From Candidatus Hodarchaeum mangrovi (GTDB lineage: Archaea > Asgardarchaeota > Heimdallarchaeia > Hodarchaeales > Hodarchaeaceae), in NCBI GenBank assembly GCA_016839515.1, contig JAEOUE010000287.1, forward strand, positions 1-21,692: DNA of 21,692 bases. Reading direction: 5' to 3'. The notes below the pieces were generated by a model. It was not told the origin of the DNA and made no database searches. It was given only the letters and a program-made list of their open reading frames with translations. Of this stretch, positions 1 through 8,595 are shown piece after piece (position 1 is the stretch's first letter; every line of letters begins with the position of its first letter). Position numbers and translations under genes: made by a program.

Positions 1-647
1 GAAAATTACTTGAAGTGTATGGAATGACTGAAACCTCTCCTTTAACAGTGATGAATCCTTATCGTGGAGTCAAAAAATTGGGAACAATAGGATTACCTCT
101 CATGAACACAGATATTAAACTTGTTGAACCTGTAACCAAAGAACTAGTTAAAATTGGAGAACCAGGTGAAATTTTAGTTAAAGGACCACAGGTAATGAAA
201 GGTTATTGGAAAAAGCGAGAGGAAACTATGAATACCATCGATGAAGATGGATGGCTTCATACTGGTGATGTAGCCATTTTTGATGAAGAAGGATACCTTA
301 GATTAGTTGATAGAACTAAGGACATGATTATAGTTGGTGGATTCAAAGTATTTTCCAATAAATTAGAGAATGTTCTTTCAGAACATCCAGCTATTCAAAT
401 GGCTGCAACGATAGGTGTACCAAATCCTGAAAGACCAGGATCAGAATATGTTAAAGCCTATATTACAATTTCTCCTGATCATCATTATAAGAAAGAAAAC
501 CCAGAAATGCTTAAACAGGAATTAATAGACTGGATTAGAACTAAAGTCGCTCCTTATGAAGTCCCTAAGTTTATAGAAATCCGAGAGGAATTACCTTTGA
601 CTCTTGTGGGGAAAGTAGACAAAAGACTACTACGTAATGAGAAATAA
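1..647 (+). CDS. Long-chain-fatty-acid--CoA ligase / AMP-binding enzyme, C-terminal part (5'-truncated by the window edge)
   Basis: The frame is open from the window edge (..KLLEVYGMTETSP), so GTG at 15 is not the real start. ANL-superfamily motifs: YGMTE, GEILVKGPQVMKGYW, GWLHTGD, DRTKDMIIVGG, A10 motif PLTLVGKVDK. Stop TAA ends at 647. Confidence 0.93.
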   Translation, partial: KLLEVYGMTETSPLTVMNPYRGVKKLGTIGLPLMNTDIKLVEPVTKELVKIGEPGEILVKGPQVMKGYWKKREETMNTIDEDGWLHTGDVAIFDEEGYLRLVDRTKDMIIVGGFKVFSNKLENVLSEHPAIQMAATIGVPNPERPGSEYVKAYITISPDHHYKKENPEMLKQELIDWIRTKVAPYEVPKFIEIREELPLTLVGKVDKRLLRNEK

Positions 648-676
648 AAATTCTCTCCCTCATGTAAGTGTATTCT

Positions 677-1429
677 TTATTTCAATCTTCTATTACGAAA
701 TCCAATATTAACAGCTAAAATTATTAATGCAAAGATAAACCATTCAAAGGTAAATACAGTAGTCTGAGCTTTTGTTGTGGTCTTTCCTGGATATATTATA
801 GGATCATTCTGACCGATCCATCCACTATTGGGAGCAGTATCCTTTACGACTAAATCCACTCCCCCATTTGCAAAAGCTTTTATCCATTTAAACGCATCTG
901 TTCCCGCAGGCCCTTCGTACTGAATTGCATCTGTAATATCAAATGAAATCGTATTTGCATTAACTACTGCAACATCCTGATTTGGATCACTAGCTACCCA
1001 TGTTTTAGTTTGTAGATTCCACCACCATGCACCAGTTTGTTTCTGATAATTATCATTTACCCAATACCTAGATGCACAAAAATAAGAATCATTTAGCCAT
1101 GAACCATTGTTGTAATACCATTTAAAATGAGCACAATATTCCCAAACTTCATCACTTGTACTTTGATATGCACTACCACTTGTATCAACGAAAATATTGT
1201 AAGTATACCATGTATGTTCAGTATTATTAAGAGATGGAGTTTTTACTAGGGTGATCTTAAGTTGTGTAATCCCAACGTCAAGGCGAACAATATCGACATC
1301 TGCTACTTCTGAATCCCCACTTGGATCCGTCCCGTATCCAGCTTTTATGAGAGTCATTGATGAGATTATGGTCATCATTAGAAAAATCAAGAGGAAATAT
1401 TTAGTCTTAGATTGGTTTTTCATATTCAT
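677..1429 (-). CDS. Secreted, C-terminally membrane-anchored cell-surface protein of unknown function
   Basis: Basic N-terminus plus hydrophobic signal peptide (KTKYFLLIFLMMTIISSMTLIKA), then a DPSGD..DVDI start, a Trp/Tyr-rich beta-type domain, a Thr-rich linker (PGKTTTKAQTT), a TM helix and a basic tail (RNRRLK). AAGGA directly abuts ATG 1429, so the second ATG (1423) may be the real start. Confidence 0.8.
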   Translation of the reverse strand: MNMKNQSKTKYFLLIFLMMTIISSMTLIKAGYGTDPSGDSEVADVDIVRLDVGITQLKITLVKTPSLNNTEHTWYTYNIFVDTSGSAYQSTSDEVWEYCAHFKWYYNNGSWLNDSYFCASRYWVNDNYQKQTGAWWWNLQTKTWVASDPNQDVAVVNANTISFDITDAIQYEGPAGTDAFKWIKAFANGGVDLVVKDTAPNSGWIGQNDPIIYPGKTTTKAQTTVFTFEWFIFALIILAVNIGFRNRRLK

Positions 1430-1442
1430 TCCTTACATTTTT

Positions 1443-1466
1443 TAATCAAAAATTGATTATATATAT
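1443..1466. promoter_or_regulatory. 7-3-7 inverted repeat next to a TATA-like element in a divergent promoter (candidate operator)
   Basis: TAATCAA-AAA-TTGATTA at 1443-1459, overlapping TATATATA at 1458-1465, which lies about 30 nt upstream of the minus-strand start at 1429. Confidence 0.35.
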
Positions 1467-1541
1467 GAATATGGACAGTGTTTGAATCTCAAGTATTTAA
1501 ACAATAGGTAATGAATACTAAAACTAGATGATGGGAAATTA

Positions 1542-2438
1542 TTGAAAGCGATTCAAAAATTAGAAATTCAGATTCTAGTCGAGAATGTTTCTGGACCTCC
1601 AGGTACTCTTGGTGAAGGTGGATTTTCAGCTCTAGTGAAAGTCCATTCAAAGAGCGAAGAATTTAAGATTTTATTCGATACAGGGCCATCAGCAGTTTCT
1701 ATTTTGAATAATATTAAGAAATTAGAAGTGGATCTGACAACTATAAGTGCTATAGTGTTAAGTCATGGTCATTGGGATCATGTTGGAGGCTTAATCGAGG
1801 TTATCCCTTTAATAAATAAGCGTGTACCTTTGATTTGCCACCCCCAAGCTCTTTCACCAAAATGGTTGATAGACAAGGGAGAATCAATAGATGTAGGAAT
1901 TCAAGGATTTGTTAATTCACCTGAAGAACTGAATGAACAGATAAAACTAATGATGACGACATCACCTTATAAATTTACAGAATCGATAATGACAACTGGT
2001 GAAGTACCACGAATTAATAATTTTGAACTTTTATCAGGCAAACTTAAGGAAGTTAAAACTCTATTAGACGGAAAAGAAGTACCAGACCAACTTCCTGATG
2101 ATCTCTCATTAATTTTTCATTTAGTAGATGATTCAGTAGTGATTCTCACTGGATGTTGTCATTCTGGAATTATTAACACTATTGCGAAATCAAAAATCCT
2201 AACGAATTCTAGTAAAATAAGTGGAATTATTGGGGGATTACATCTTCATGATGCGTCTACTAATAGGTTAAATGAAACAGTACGAGAATTAAAACAATAT
2301 CCCATTAAAAAATTAGCTCCTTGTCATTGTACAGGATTAAAAGGAAAAATTGGATTATTTAATGCCTTCAATAAAGGATTTATAGATACAACGGTTGCCT
2401 CCTTGGTCACTATTGAAGTAATGGATGATGTTTTTTAA
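1542..2438 (+). CDS. MBL-fold metallo-hydrolase, COG1237 (MJ0301-like) family
   Basis: TTG start. Motifs LVEN, ILFDTG, SHGHWDHVGG (HxHxDH), DDLSL, TGCCHSG, IGGLHL and PCHCTG form the COG1237 signature set. The usual EHG motif reads EGG here. Confidence 0.88.
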   Translation: MKAIQKLEIQILVENVSGPPGTLGEGGFSALVKVHSKSEEFKILFDTGPSAVSILNNIKKLEVDLTTISAIVLSHGHWDHVGGLIEVIPLINKRVPLICHPQALSPKWLIDKGESIDVGIQGFVNSPEELNEQIKLMMTTSPYKFTESIMTTGEVPRINNFELLSGKLKEVKTLLDGKEVPDQLPDDLSLIFHLVDDSVVILTGCCHSGIINTIAKSKILTNSSKISGIIGGLHLHDASTNRLNETVRELKQYPIKKLAPCHCTGLKGKIGLFNAFNKGFIDTTVASLVTIEVMDDVF

Positions 2439-2662
2439 TCTGAACAGTTTATTCCTAGAAAAAATAACCTGAAACATACTAAATGACACTAACTCAAGAG
2501 AAACCATATTTATGACTCTTAAGATAAACCTATATGGAGTAACGATTGGAACAGAAATCTCACGGTTAGAGCAATCAAATAAAGAGAATCATATAGAAAA
2601 TATATTGGTTAGATAGAGAATATAAACGAAATTATTCAAAAATGCTTTGGTGTAGAATTATT

Positions 2663-2953
2663 ATGACAAAATGCGATTTTTGTGGAAGAACATTTTCTGA
2701 ATCAAGATGGAAAGGAATCGGAAGAAAATATTGCTCTTCTGATTGTTACATGAAAGGTAACGCTCTTGTGAACCTTATTTTGTCTCTCTTATTTTTCATA
2801 CTTGCTATTATAATGCTACTCTATTCCTCAACAATTCCACTTACAGATATTACCTATTTAGTTATTGGCGGTTTTTCATTGGCATTAGCTCTGTTTCTTT
2901 TATTTTTTGGCTTCTATGGGTATGTCCAAAGGAAAAAACCTAAAGATTTCTAA
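2663..2953 (+). CDS. Small membrane protein with N-terminal TRASH/MYM-like treble-clef Zn finger and two TM helices
   Basis: CDFCG...KYCSSDC followed by two hydrophobic helices and a basic tail. ATG 2663 (with GGTG upstream) is preferred over the track's 2642 start. Confidence 0.7.
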   Translation: MTKCDFCGRTFSESRWKGIGRKYCSSDCYMKGNALVNLILSLLFFILAIIMLLYSSTIPLTDITYLVIGGFSLALALFLLFFGFYGYVQRKKPKDF

Positions 2954-2977
2954 CCTAGGTATAAGTATAACTTTTGA

Positions 2978-5341
2978 TTATAGCATGAAATGCTCAGTTC
3001 TTTGAATAATTTCATTTTGGAGTTCTGGAGTTAGATCAACAAAATAATCTGAATAGCCTGCAACGCGAACAATAAGATCTCTGTACTGTTCTGGGTGTTG
3101 CTGAGCTTTTCGTAGTGTTTCAGCATCAACTACATTAAATTGGATATGATGTCCATCTAATCGAAAATATGTTCGTATCAAATTAACTAGTTTAGAAATA
3201 CCTTCGTCAGTAGCGAGTAATTGTGGGGTGAACTTCTGGTTTAAAAGAGTACCTCCTGTTCTGAGATGATCAATTTTAGAGGCAGATTTTATTACAGCTG
3301 TAGGTCCCTGCTTATCGGATCCTTGTACAGGAGAGATTCCCTCTGATAATGGGGTACTAGAAAAGCGGCCATCTGGGGTAGCGCCTGTCTTTTGTCCAAA
3401 GTAAACATGAACAGTAGTAGGAAGGAGATTAATTCGATGAGAACCTCCCTTTATATTAGGTCTTCCATTAACCGCATTAAAATAACTTTCAAATACCCTA
3501 ATCGCGAGATTATCGGCATAATCATCATCATTTCCATATTTAGGCGTTTCAAAGCGTAATTTATCTTGTAATTCTTCAAAGCCCTCGTAATTTTTCCTTA
3601 ATGCTTCTAGATATTCCCTAATTGTAAGGGTTTTTTGATCAAAAAGATAATACTTTAATGCAGTTAAACAATCAGTAATTGTACCTATTCCAACACCCTG
3701 AATATAGGAGGTATTATAACGGGCTCCTCCATTGTTATAATCTTTACCATTCTTAATACAATCATCAATTAATAATGATAAAAAGGGTGAAGGCATATAT
3801 TTTGCATAAAGTCGTTCAATTAAATTATTTCCCTTGATCTTAATGTCAATAAAGTGATTTAGCTGCTTTTCAAAGCTATTATACAAATCCTCAAAGTTTA
3901 GCCAATCATGAGGATTTCCTGTATTAATCCCTATATATTTCCCTGTTAAAGGATCTATCCCATTATTCAGGGTTATTTCAAGAATTTTAGGTAGGTTGAA
4001 GTATCCAGTAAGAATATAGCTTTCAGTTCCAAAAGCTCCTGTTTCAACGCAACCAGATGCTCCACCATTACGAGCATCTATTATCGATTTTCCTTGCCTT
4101 AGTAATTCTTGAATTATTGCATCTGTATTAAAGATAGAAGGCTGGCCATAACCAGTTTTAATAATTTTCAAAGCTCTTTTAAGCAATTGATCAGGATTTT
4201 TCTTACTAACCTGAACCATTGAGCTAGGCTGTAAAAGCCGCATTTCTTCTACGACATCTAAGATTAAAAAGGATATTTCATTTGTAGCATCTGATCCATC
4301 TTCTTTTAAACCCCCCACGTTAATTAATGAAAAGTCTGTATAAGTTGCACTTTCTTGAGCTGTTACTCCAACTTTAGGAGGGGCTGGTTGATTATTAAAT
4401 TTAATCCAAAAGGATTGCAATAATTCTTTAGCGAACTCTGGGGATAAAGTTCCATCTTCTAATCCTTTTAAATAAAATGGGTACAAGTGTTGGTCAAGGC
4501 GACCAGGATTAAATGAATCCCATGTGTTTAGCTCCAGCGTGACCCCTAAATGAACAAACCAGTAATACTGGAGTGCCTCCCAAAGAGATTGAGGTCTTTT
4601 AGCTGGGACATTTTCACAATTTTGTGCCATCTGCAACAGTTCTTGTTTTCGATCAGGGTCAGATTCTTCTTCTGCATGTTTTCGTAATGCTTTAACATAA
4701 CGATTTGCATAAATAATAAGTGCTTCGGCTGCAATATCCATTGCTTTTAACTCTTCAAGTTTATCCAAAGCTTCAGGATCATTATAGAAATCTAATTTAT
4801 CTATTTCATCTTTAATTTCTTTTCTGAGATCATTAAATCCTTTTTGGTAGATTTTTTCCCCTAAAACAGTATGACCAGGGGCACGCTGTTCTTGAAATTC
4901 GGTAAAAACACCAGCTTCATAAGCATCAATCCACTCAGAAGGAACAACTTGAAAAATACGTTCTCGTATAGACTTTCCTTTCCAAAATGGAATAATAATT
5001 AATTGGTAAAGACCCTCGGTGTCAGGAGAAACTTTGAACGAAATTTTTTCTCGTTCATTAAGTATTTTCAAATCAGAAGTTGAATGGATGCAAAGTTCTG
5101 GATATGTTGGAGTAGCTTTTGGTTTAGAGCCTTTTTCTCCGACAATTAATTCTCCAAGATTAATACATAAATGTTTATGCTCTAATATATACTTAAAAGC
5201 TAAAGCTCTTTCAACAGGAATCGAGACTCCTCTTGCTAATTCATTTTTATAAAATTCTGTTAAAAGTAAGGCTCGTTCAGGATCAAGAGTGGGGATAGCT
5301 TTCAAACTTTGCTCTCTTAATAGCTTTATCCGTGTATTCAT
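2978..5341 (-). CDS. hypD: Glycyl radical enzyme, trans-4-hydroxy-L-proline dehydratase (HypD) type
   Basis: 787 aa. Gly loop VRVAGYS and Cys loop GGASGCVE. HypD-type segments EQRAPGHT, ELNTWDSF, NNQPAPPKVG, ESATYTDF, LTGYFN and LLPTTVH closely track C. difficile HypD as I recall it. Confidence 0.88.
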   Translation of the reverse strand: MNTRIKLLREQSLKAIPTLDPERALLLTEFYKNELARGVSIPVERALAFKYILEHKHLCINLGELIVGEKGSKPKATPTYPELCIHSTSDLKILNEREKISFKVSPDTEGLYQLIIIPFWKGKSIRERIFQVVPSEWIDAYEAGVFTEFQEQRAPGHTVLGEKIYQKGFNDLRKEIKDEIDKLDFYNDPEALDKLEELKAMDIAAEALIIYANRYVKALRKHAEEESDPDRKQELLQMAQNCENVPAKRPQSLWEALQYYWFVHLGVTLELNTWDSFNPGRLDQHLYPFYLKGLEDGTLSPEFAKELLQSFWIKFNNQPAPPKVGVTAQESATYTDFSLINVGGLKEDGSDATNEISFLILDVVEEMRLLQPSSMVQVSKKNPDQLLKRALKIIKTGYGQPSIFNTDAIIQELLRQGKSIIDARNGGASGCVETGAFGTESYILTGYFNLPKILEITLNNGIDPLTGKYIGINTGNPHDWLNFEDLYNSFEKQLNHFIDIKIKGNNLIERLYAKYMPSPFLSLLIDDCIKNGKDYNNGGARYNTSYIQGVGIGTITDCLTALKYYLFDQKTLTIREYLEALRKNYEGFEELQDKLRFETPKYGNDDDYADNLAIRVFESYFNAVNGRPNIKGGSHRINLLPTTVHVYFGQKTGATPDGRFSSTPLSEGISPVQGSDKQGPTAVIKSASKIDHLRTGGTLLNQKFTPQLLATDEGISKLVNLIRTYFRLDGHHIQFNVVDAETLRKAQQHPEQYRDLIVRVAGYSDYFVDLTPELQNEIIQRTEHFML

Positions 5342-5344
5342 TAA

Positions 5345-6157
5345 TTACCCACCAATTTTTACCGAAAATCCGACATCTTGAAATTTTTGAGCAAGAACCT
5401 CTATTTGATGATCTGAGGGGGGTTCCAAATTTTTTAGAATATTATCTCTTCTTAATCGTTTATATTTTGATAATCCCGTTTTATGATATGGTAACAAATG
5501 AACAGCTTTAGTATGTTTTAAGTGAGTCATAAAATTAAGAATTAAATCAATATTTTTAGTTGTATCAGTTATTGTAGGTATAACGGGAAATCGAATTACT
5601 ACTTGAATTTTCTCGTCATCTAGCATCATCAAATTTTCAAGAATTAATTTATTTGATACTCCAGTATGTTTAATATGTTCTAAATCATCTATTAGTTTTA
5701 AATCATAATAAATTCTTGTTATTTTATCTTTTACTCGTCTAATATCAGTCCATTCAGCATATCCACATGTATCTAAAGTTGTGTCAATATCTTGGCTCCA
5801 ACAATAATCAGATAAAGCTTCTAAAAAATCTATTTGAAGGAGGGGTTCTCCACCTGAAAATGTTACTCCCCCCCCTGATTCTTCATGAAATAAACGATCC
5901 TTATTAATTTCTTTGATCATCTCTGAAACTGAAACAGTATATCCGATTGTTTCTTCATTATTCGCAGGTGATACAATTCGATAAGATGGCTTTAAGACTT
6001 TTTCAGGAGTAATAATTTGGCTTTCAGGATTATGACACCATGTACACATTAAGGGGCATCCTTTGAAAAAAATAGTCGTTCGAATTCCTGGACCATCATG
6101 TATGGCATACCTTTTTATATCAAAAATTGTACCAAAATTCTTTAATGCAGATTCCAA
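5345..6157 (-). CDS. Glycyl-radical enzyme activating protein (radical SAM), short type
   Basis: HDGPGIRTTIFFKGCPLMCTWCHNPES (CX3CX2C), GGGVTFSGGEP, DTCG, DLK, IRFPVIP, LLPYH. TTG start with AAAGGAG about 10 nt upstream. Its stop is 3 nt from the hypD ATG, consistent with an operon. Confidence 0.93.
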   Translation of the reverse strand: MESALKNFGTIFDIKRYAIHDGPGIRTTIFFKGCPLMCTWCHNPESQIITPEKVLKPSYRIVSPANNEETIGYTVSVSEMIKEINKDRLFHEESGGGVTFSGGEPLLQIDFLEALSDYCWSQDIDTTLDTCGYAEWTDIRRVKDKITRIYYDLKLIDDLEHIKHTGVSNKLILENLMMLDDEKIQVVIRFPVIPTITDTTKNIDLILNFMTHLKHTKAVHLLPYHKTGLSKYKRLRRDNILKNLEPPSDHQIEVLAQKFQDVGFSVKIGG

Positions 6158-6426
6158 GCCAAAATAACTCCTTTATGAGAGTATCATTTTGATCCAGTTT
6201 GTTTATAGCTATTCTATTAATCTGAATATAAGAAATTAACCACTTAATTATTGATATTTATTTGATATATCCATCTATTTTGTCACATTTACTTAATTTT
6301 TTTTCTTAAAAAGTTATTAATCTCTATGAATTTAGAAATATAAGTCCAATAACAATAATTACAGGTCTTTTTATAAAACAAAATGGTCAGAGAGGGAATT
6401 AAACAATCTATTCCACTGATTATAAT

Positions 6427-7389
6427 TTATAATAAATTCATTTTTCTAAGATAATACCAAATAGGTATTATTAAAATTATACTAAAGATTAAAATAAACC
6501 AAAATGCTAATGGATCTTGGGAACTTGCACCAAAAGGAAGCATTACATTCATTCCATATAGTGAAGCTAATAAGGTTGGAACCATTAATATTAGAGAAAT
6601 TGATGTTAAAACCTTAATTAAATCATTTTGATTATTTGAAATGACCGACGCATATGCATCTAAGCTGCTTTCAATCAAATCTCTATAAATTGATAATAAA
6701 TCTGCCTGCTGATTTAAATCAATGGATAGATCTTCTAAGTCATCCAATAATTCTGGTTGTTCTGCAAATTCTTTTACTCTCTGTAACTGATAAAACACTC
6801 TTAAATTACCTCTTAGAGCAGCATCTAAATATGTAGCATCTCGTGATATCTTAAATACTTCGCTCACTTTTTGAGTTTTTACGGATTGAAATATTTCTTC
6901 TTCAATTTGTGATAATTCATGATCAATGCTGTCTACGCTTAGTTCAAAAGCCTTCACAACACTTTCTAACCAATCTAACAAAACTAATGTTGTGGGAGAA
7001 GTTCGACGTCGTCGAGACCCTATGGGTTTTCTTACTCTCTTTGTGGCCAAAATTTGCTTTTGAATAGTAATTAAATGATTAGTAAGGAGGAATATAACTG
7101 CAGGACCTGTTGTATGAACAACTGAACCATTATTTCTCGTTGTTGGTACCCTAAGTACAATTTTAGTGAAGGGAGGATCATATTCAGGCTCATATTCGAA
7201 GCGAGGACGTTCATCCTCATCTAGTGCATCCTCTAAATCTTCAAAAGGTATTTTAAATGTCCTTTGAATCGTTTGTAATTCATCACGTGATGGATTAGTA
7301 CAAATTAACCATGTGGGGACATTAGGAAGGATTCCTTGAATAAATTCTGTGTAAGTTAATCCAGTCTCTAAATTCTTTATTTCAATCAT
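6427..7389 (-). CDS. corA: CorA-family Mg2+/Co2+ transporter
   Basis: DALDEDERPRFE, coiled-coil stalk, ISNNQNDLIKVLT, YGMN signature after TM1, then a second TM. Strong SD AGGAGGTG upstream of ATG. Confidence 0.93.
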   Translation of the reverse strand: MIEIKNLETGLTYTEFIQGILPNVPTWLICTNPSRDELQTIQRTFKIPFEDLEDALDEDERPRFEYEPEYDPPFTKIVLRVPTTRNNGSVVHTTGPAVIFLLTNHLITIQKQILATKRVRKPIGSRRRRTSPTTLVLLDWLESVVKAFELSVDSIDHELSQIEEEIFQSVKTQKVSEVFKISRDATYLDAALRGNLRVFYQLQRVKEFAEQPELLDDLEDLSIDLNQQADLLSIYRDLIESSLDAYASVISNNQNDLIKVLTSISLILMVPTLLASLYGMNVMLPFGASSQDPLAFWFILIFSIILIIPIWYYLRKMNLL

Positions 7390-7500
7390 GGGTACACCTC
7401 CTATAGAAAAACACAGCTTAATTAATTCTCTTCACTATAATGTATGAATTATCCTCGATTTATTAAGCTACGTGAGGAGGTAATGTTCCATTGATTTAAA
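7378..7500 (-). promoter_or_regulatory. Structured corA upstream region with SD/anti-SD pairing (candidate cis-regulatory RNA)
   Basis: On the minus strand, ACCUCCU (7481-7475) is complementary to the SD AGGAGGU (7402-7396). Nested inside are ACGUAGCUUAAU (7473-7462) pairing with AUUAAGCUGUGU (7422-7411, two G-U pairs) and UAAUUC (7451-7446) pairing with GAAUUA (7428-7423). Confidence 0.4.
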
Positions 7501-7523
7501 CCTTCCTTTTATCTATAGGTTAT

Positions 7524-8462
7524 TTAGAATAGGAATCGAGGTTTAAACTGTTCCAAAACTCTTCTTATTTGATGTAGATCTTCTTCTAATAATTCAAATT
7601 TTCCTGCATTAGCATTCGCTTCAATTTGATCTAAACTTTTTGCTCCAGGGATTGCCGTGACTGCGATGTCTTTAATTAACCAGTTCAATGCTACTTGAGC
7701 AGGAGTAACATCATATTTTTTTCCTATTATTTTTATGAGATCTAAGAGTGTTTTACCTCTTTCAAGGTTCTTTTTGCGAAATAAAGTATTAGTTCTTCGT
7801 GTTCCCTTAGGAATATTGTTAGGTGAATATTTTCCTGTCAGGAAACCTTGAGCCAAAGGACTATATGCCATGAGAGTGACTTTTTCCTTTATAGCATATG
7901 GAAGGAAATTTTTTTCTGCTTTGTTCCTAGCTATGGAATAATTTATTTGATTTACCTGGATTCGATGAAACTGCATCTTTTGTTGTGCTGTTTGAAATCT
8001 CTTCGTGGAAAAATTTGAAACACCAATGAACCGAATTAATCCTTCATCAACCATTGACTCTAAATGATGGAGTGTTCTGCCAAGAGGGAGAATTGGATTG
8101 GGCCAGTGAATGAGATAAATATCTATATATGATGTTTGTAATCTCTTCAAACTTTTCCGGAGAGCACGGATACTAGATGAGGGCCGGATAGTTAATGGCA
8201 TAAATTTTGTTGAAATGATTATTTGTTCCCTTTCATATCCTTTGATTGCTTCTCCGACAATTTTTTCTGAGTTTCCTCGACCATATACTTCAGCTGTATC
8301 AATTAAATTAATCCCAAGGTCAAGTGCTCTGTGAACTACTGCAATCGCATCTTCTTTTGTGAAATCTGTTCCATAACCCCACCCTGATGACCCAAATTGC
8401 CATGTTCCCAACCCAATCTGAGAGATTTTAGTTGAAGTATCTCCAATTGTTGTATATTTCAT
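7524..8462 (-). CDS. Aldo/keto reductase
   Basis: GLGTWQFG, IDTAEVYG (catalytic Asp/Tyr), STK (Lys), LIHWP (His), IGVSNF, AYSPLAQG, IPGAKS. Confidence 0.95.
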   Translation of the reverse strand: MKYTTIGDTSTKISQIGLGTWQFGSSGWGYGTDFTKEDAIAVVHRALDLGINLIDTAEVYGRGNSEKIVGEAIKGYEREQIIISTKFMPLTIRPSSSIRALRKSLKRLQTSYIDIYLIHWPNPILPLGRTLHHLESMVDEGLIRFIGVSNFSTKRFQTAQQKMQFHRIQVNQINYSIARNKAEKNFLPYAIKEKVTLMAYSPLAQGFLTGKYSPNNIPKGTRRTNTLFRKKNLERGKTLLDLIKIIGKKYDVTPAQVALNWLIKDIAVTAIPGAKSLDQIEANANAGKFELLEEDLHQIRRVLEQFKPRFLF

Positions 8463-8508
8463 TTTAGCTCTACTTTATAATAAGAAAAAATTTATCTAAA
8501 TATACGAG

Positions 8509-8520
8509 GATAGATCTATC
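8509..8520. promoter_or_regulatory. Perfect 12-bp palindrome in the AKR/methyltransferase divergent promoter
   Basis: GATAGATCTATC is its own reverse complement and lies in the 133-bp region between two divergent starts. Confidence 0.3.
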
Positions 8521-8595
8521 ACATTTTAAAAAAAGATTTTATTCATTTATTTATTATCTTTTTCAAGTAAAATATTTTCAGGATTTATTTTATCA

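Noticed and set aside
2483-2616. Two tiny overlapping ORFs (10 aa and 34 aa, MTLKINLYG...) in the intergenic gap
   Set aside because: No recognisable motif or clear SD, so chance in AT-rich DNA is likely. A gene remnant cannot be excluded.
2978-5341. Pyruvate formate-lyase or choline TMA-lyase call
   Set aside because: It lacks the PFL Cys-Cys pair. GCVE alone is shared with CutC, and the surrounding motifs match HypD.
7472-7494. Plus-strand GTGAGGAGGT followed by ATG, resembling an antisense translation start
   Set aside because: The SD-ATG spacing is 1 nt and the ORF is 3 codons (ATG TTC CAT TGA). It is better explained as the anti-SD arm on the minus strand.
7390-7523. Fluoride (crcB) or M-box riboswitch match upstream of corA
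   Set aside because: By eye, the conserved cores of these known families are not present, so it is reported only as an unclassified structured leader.
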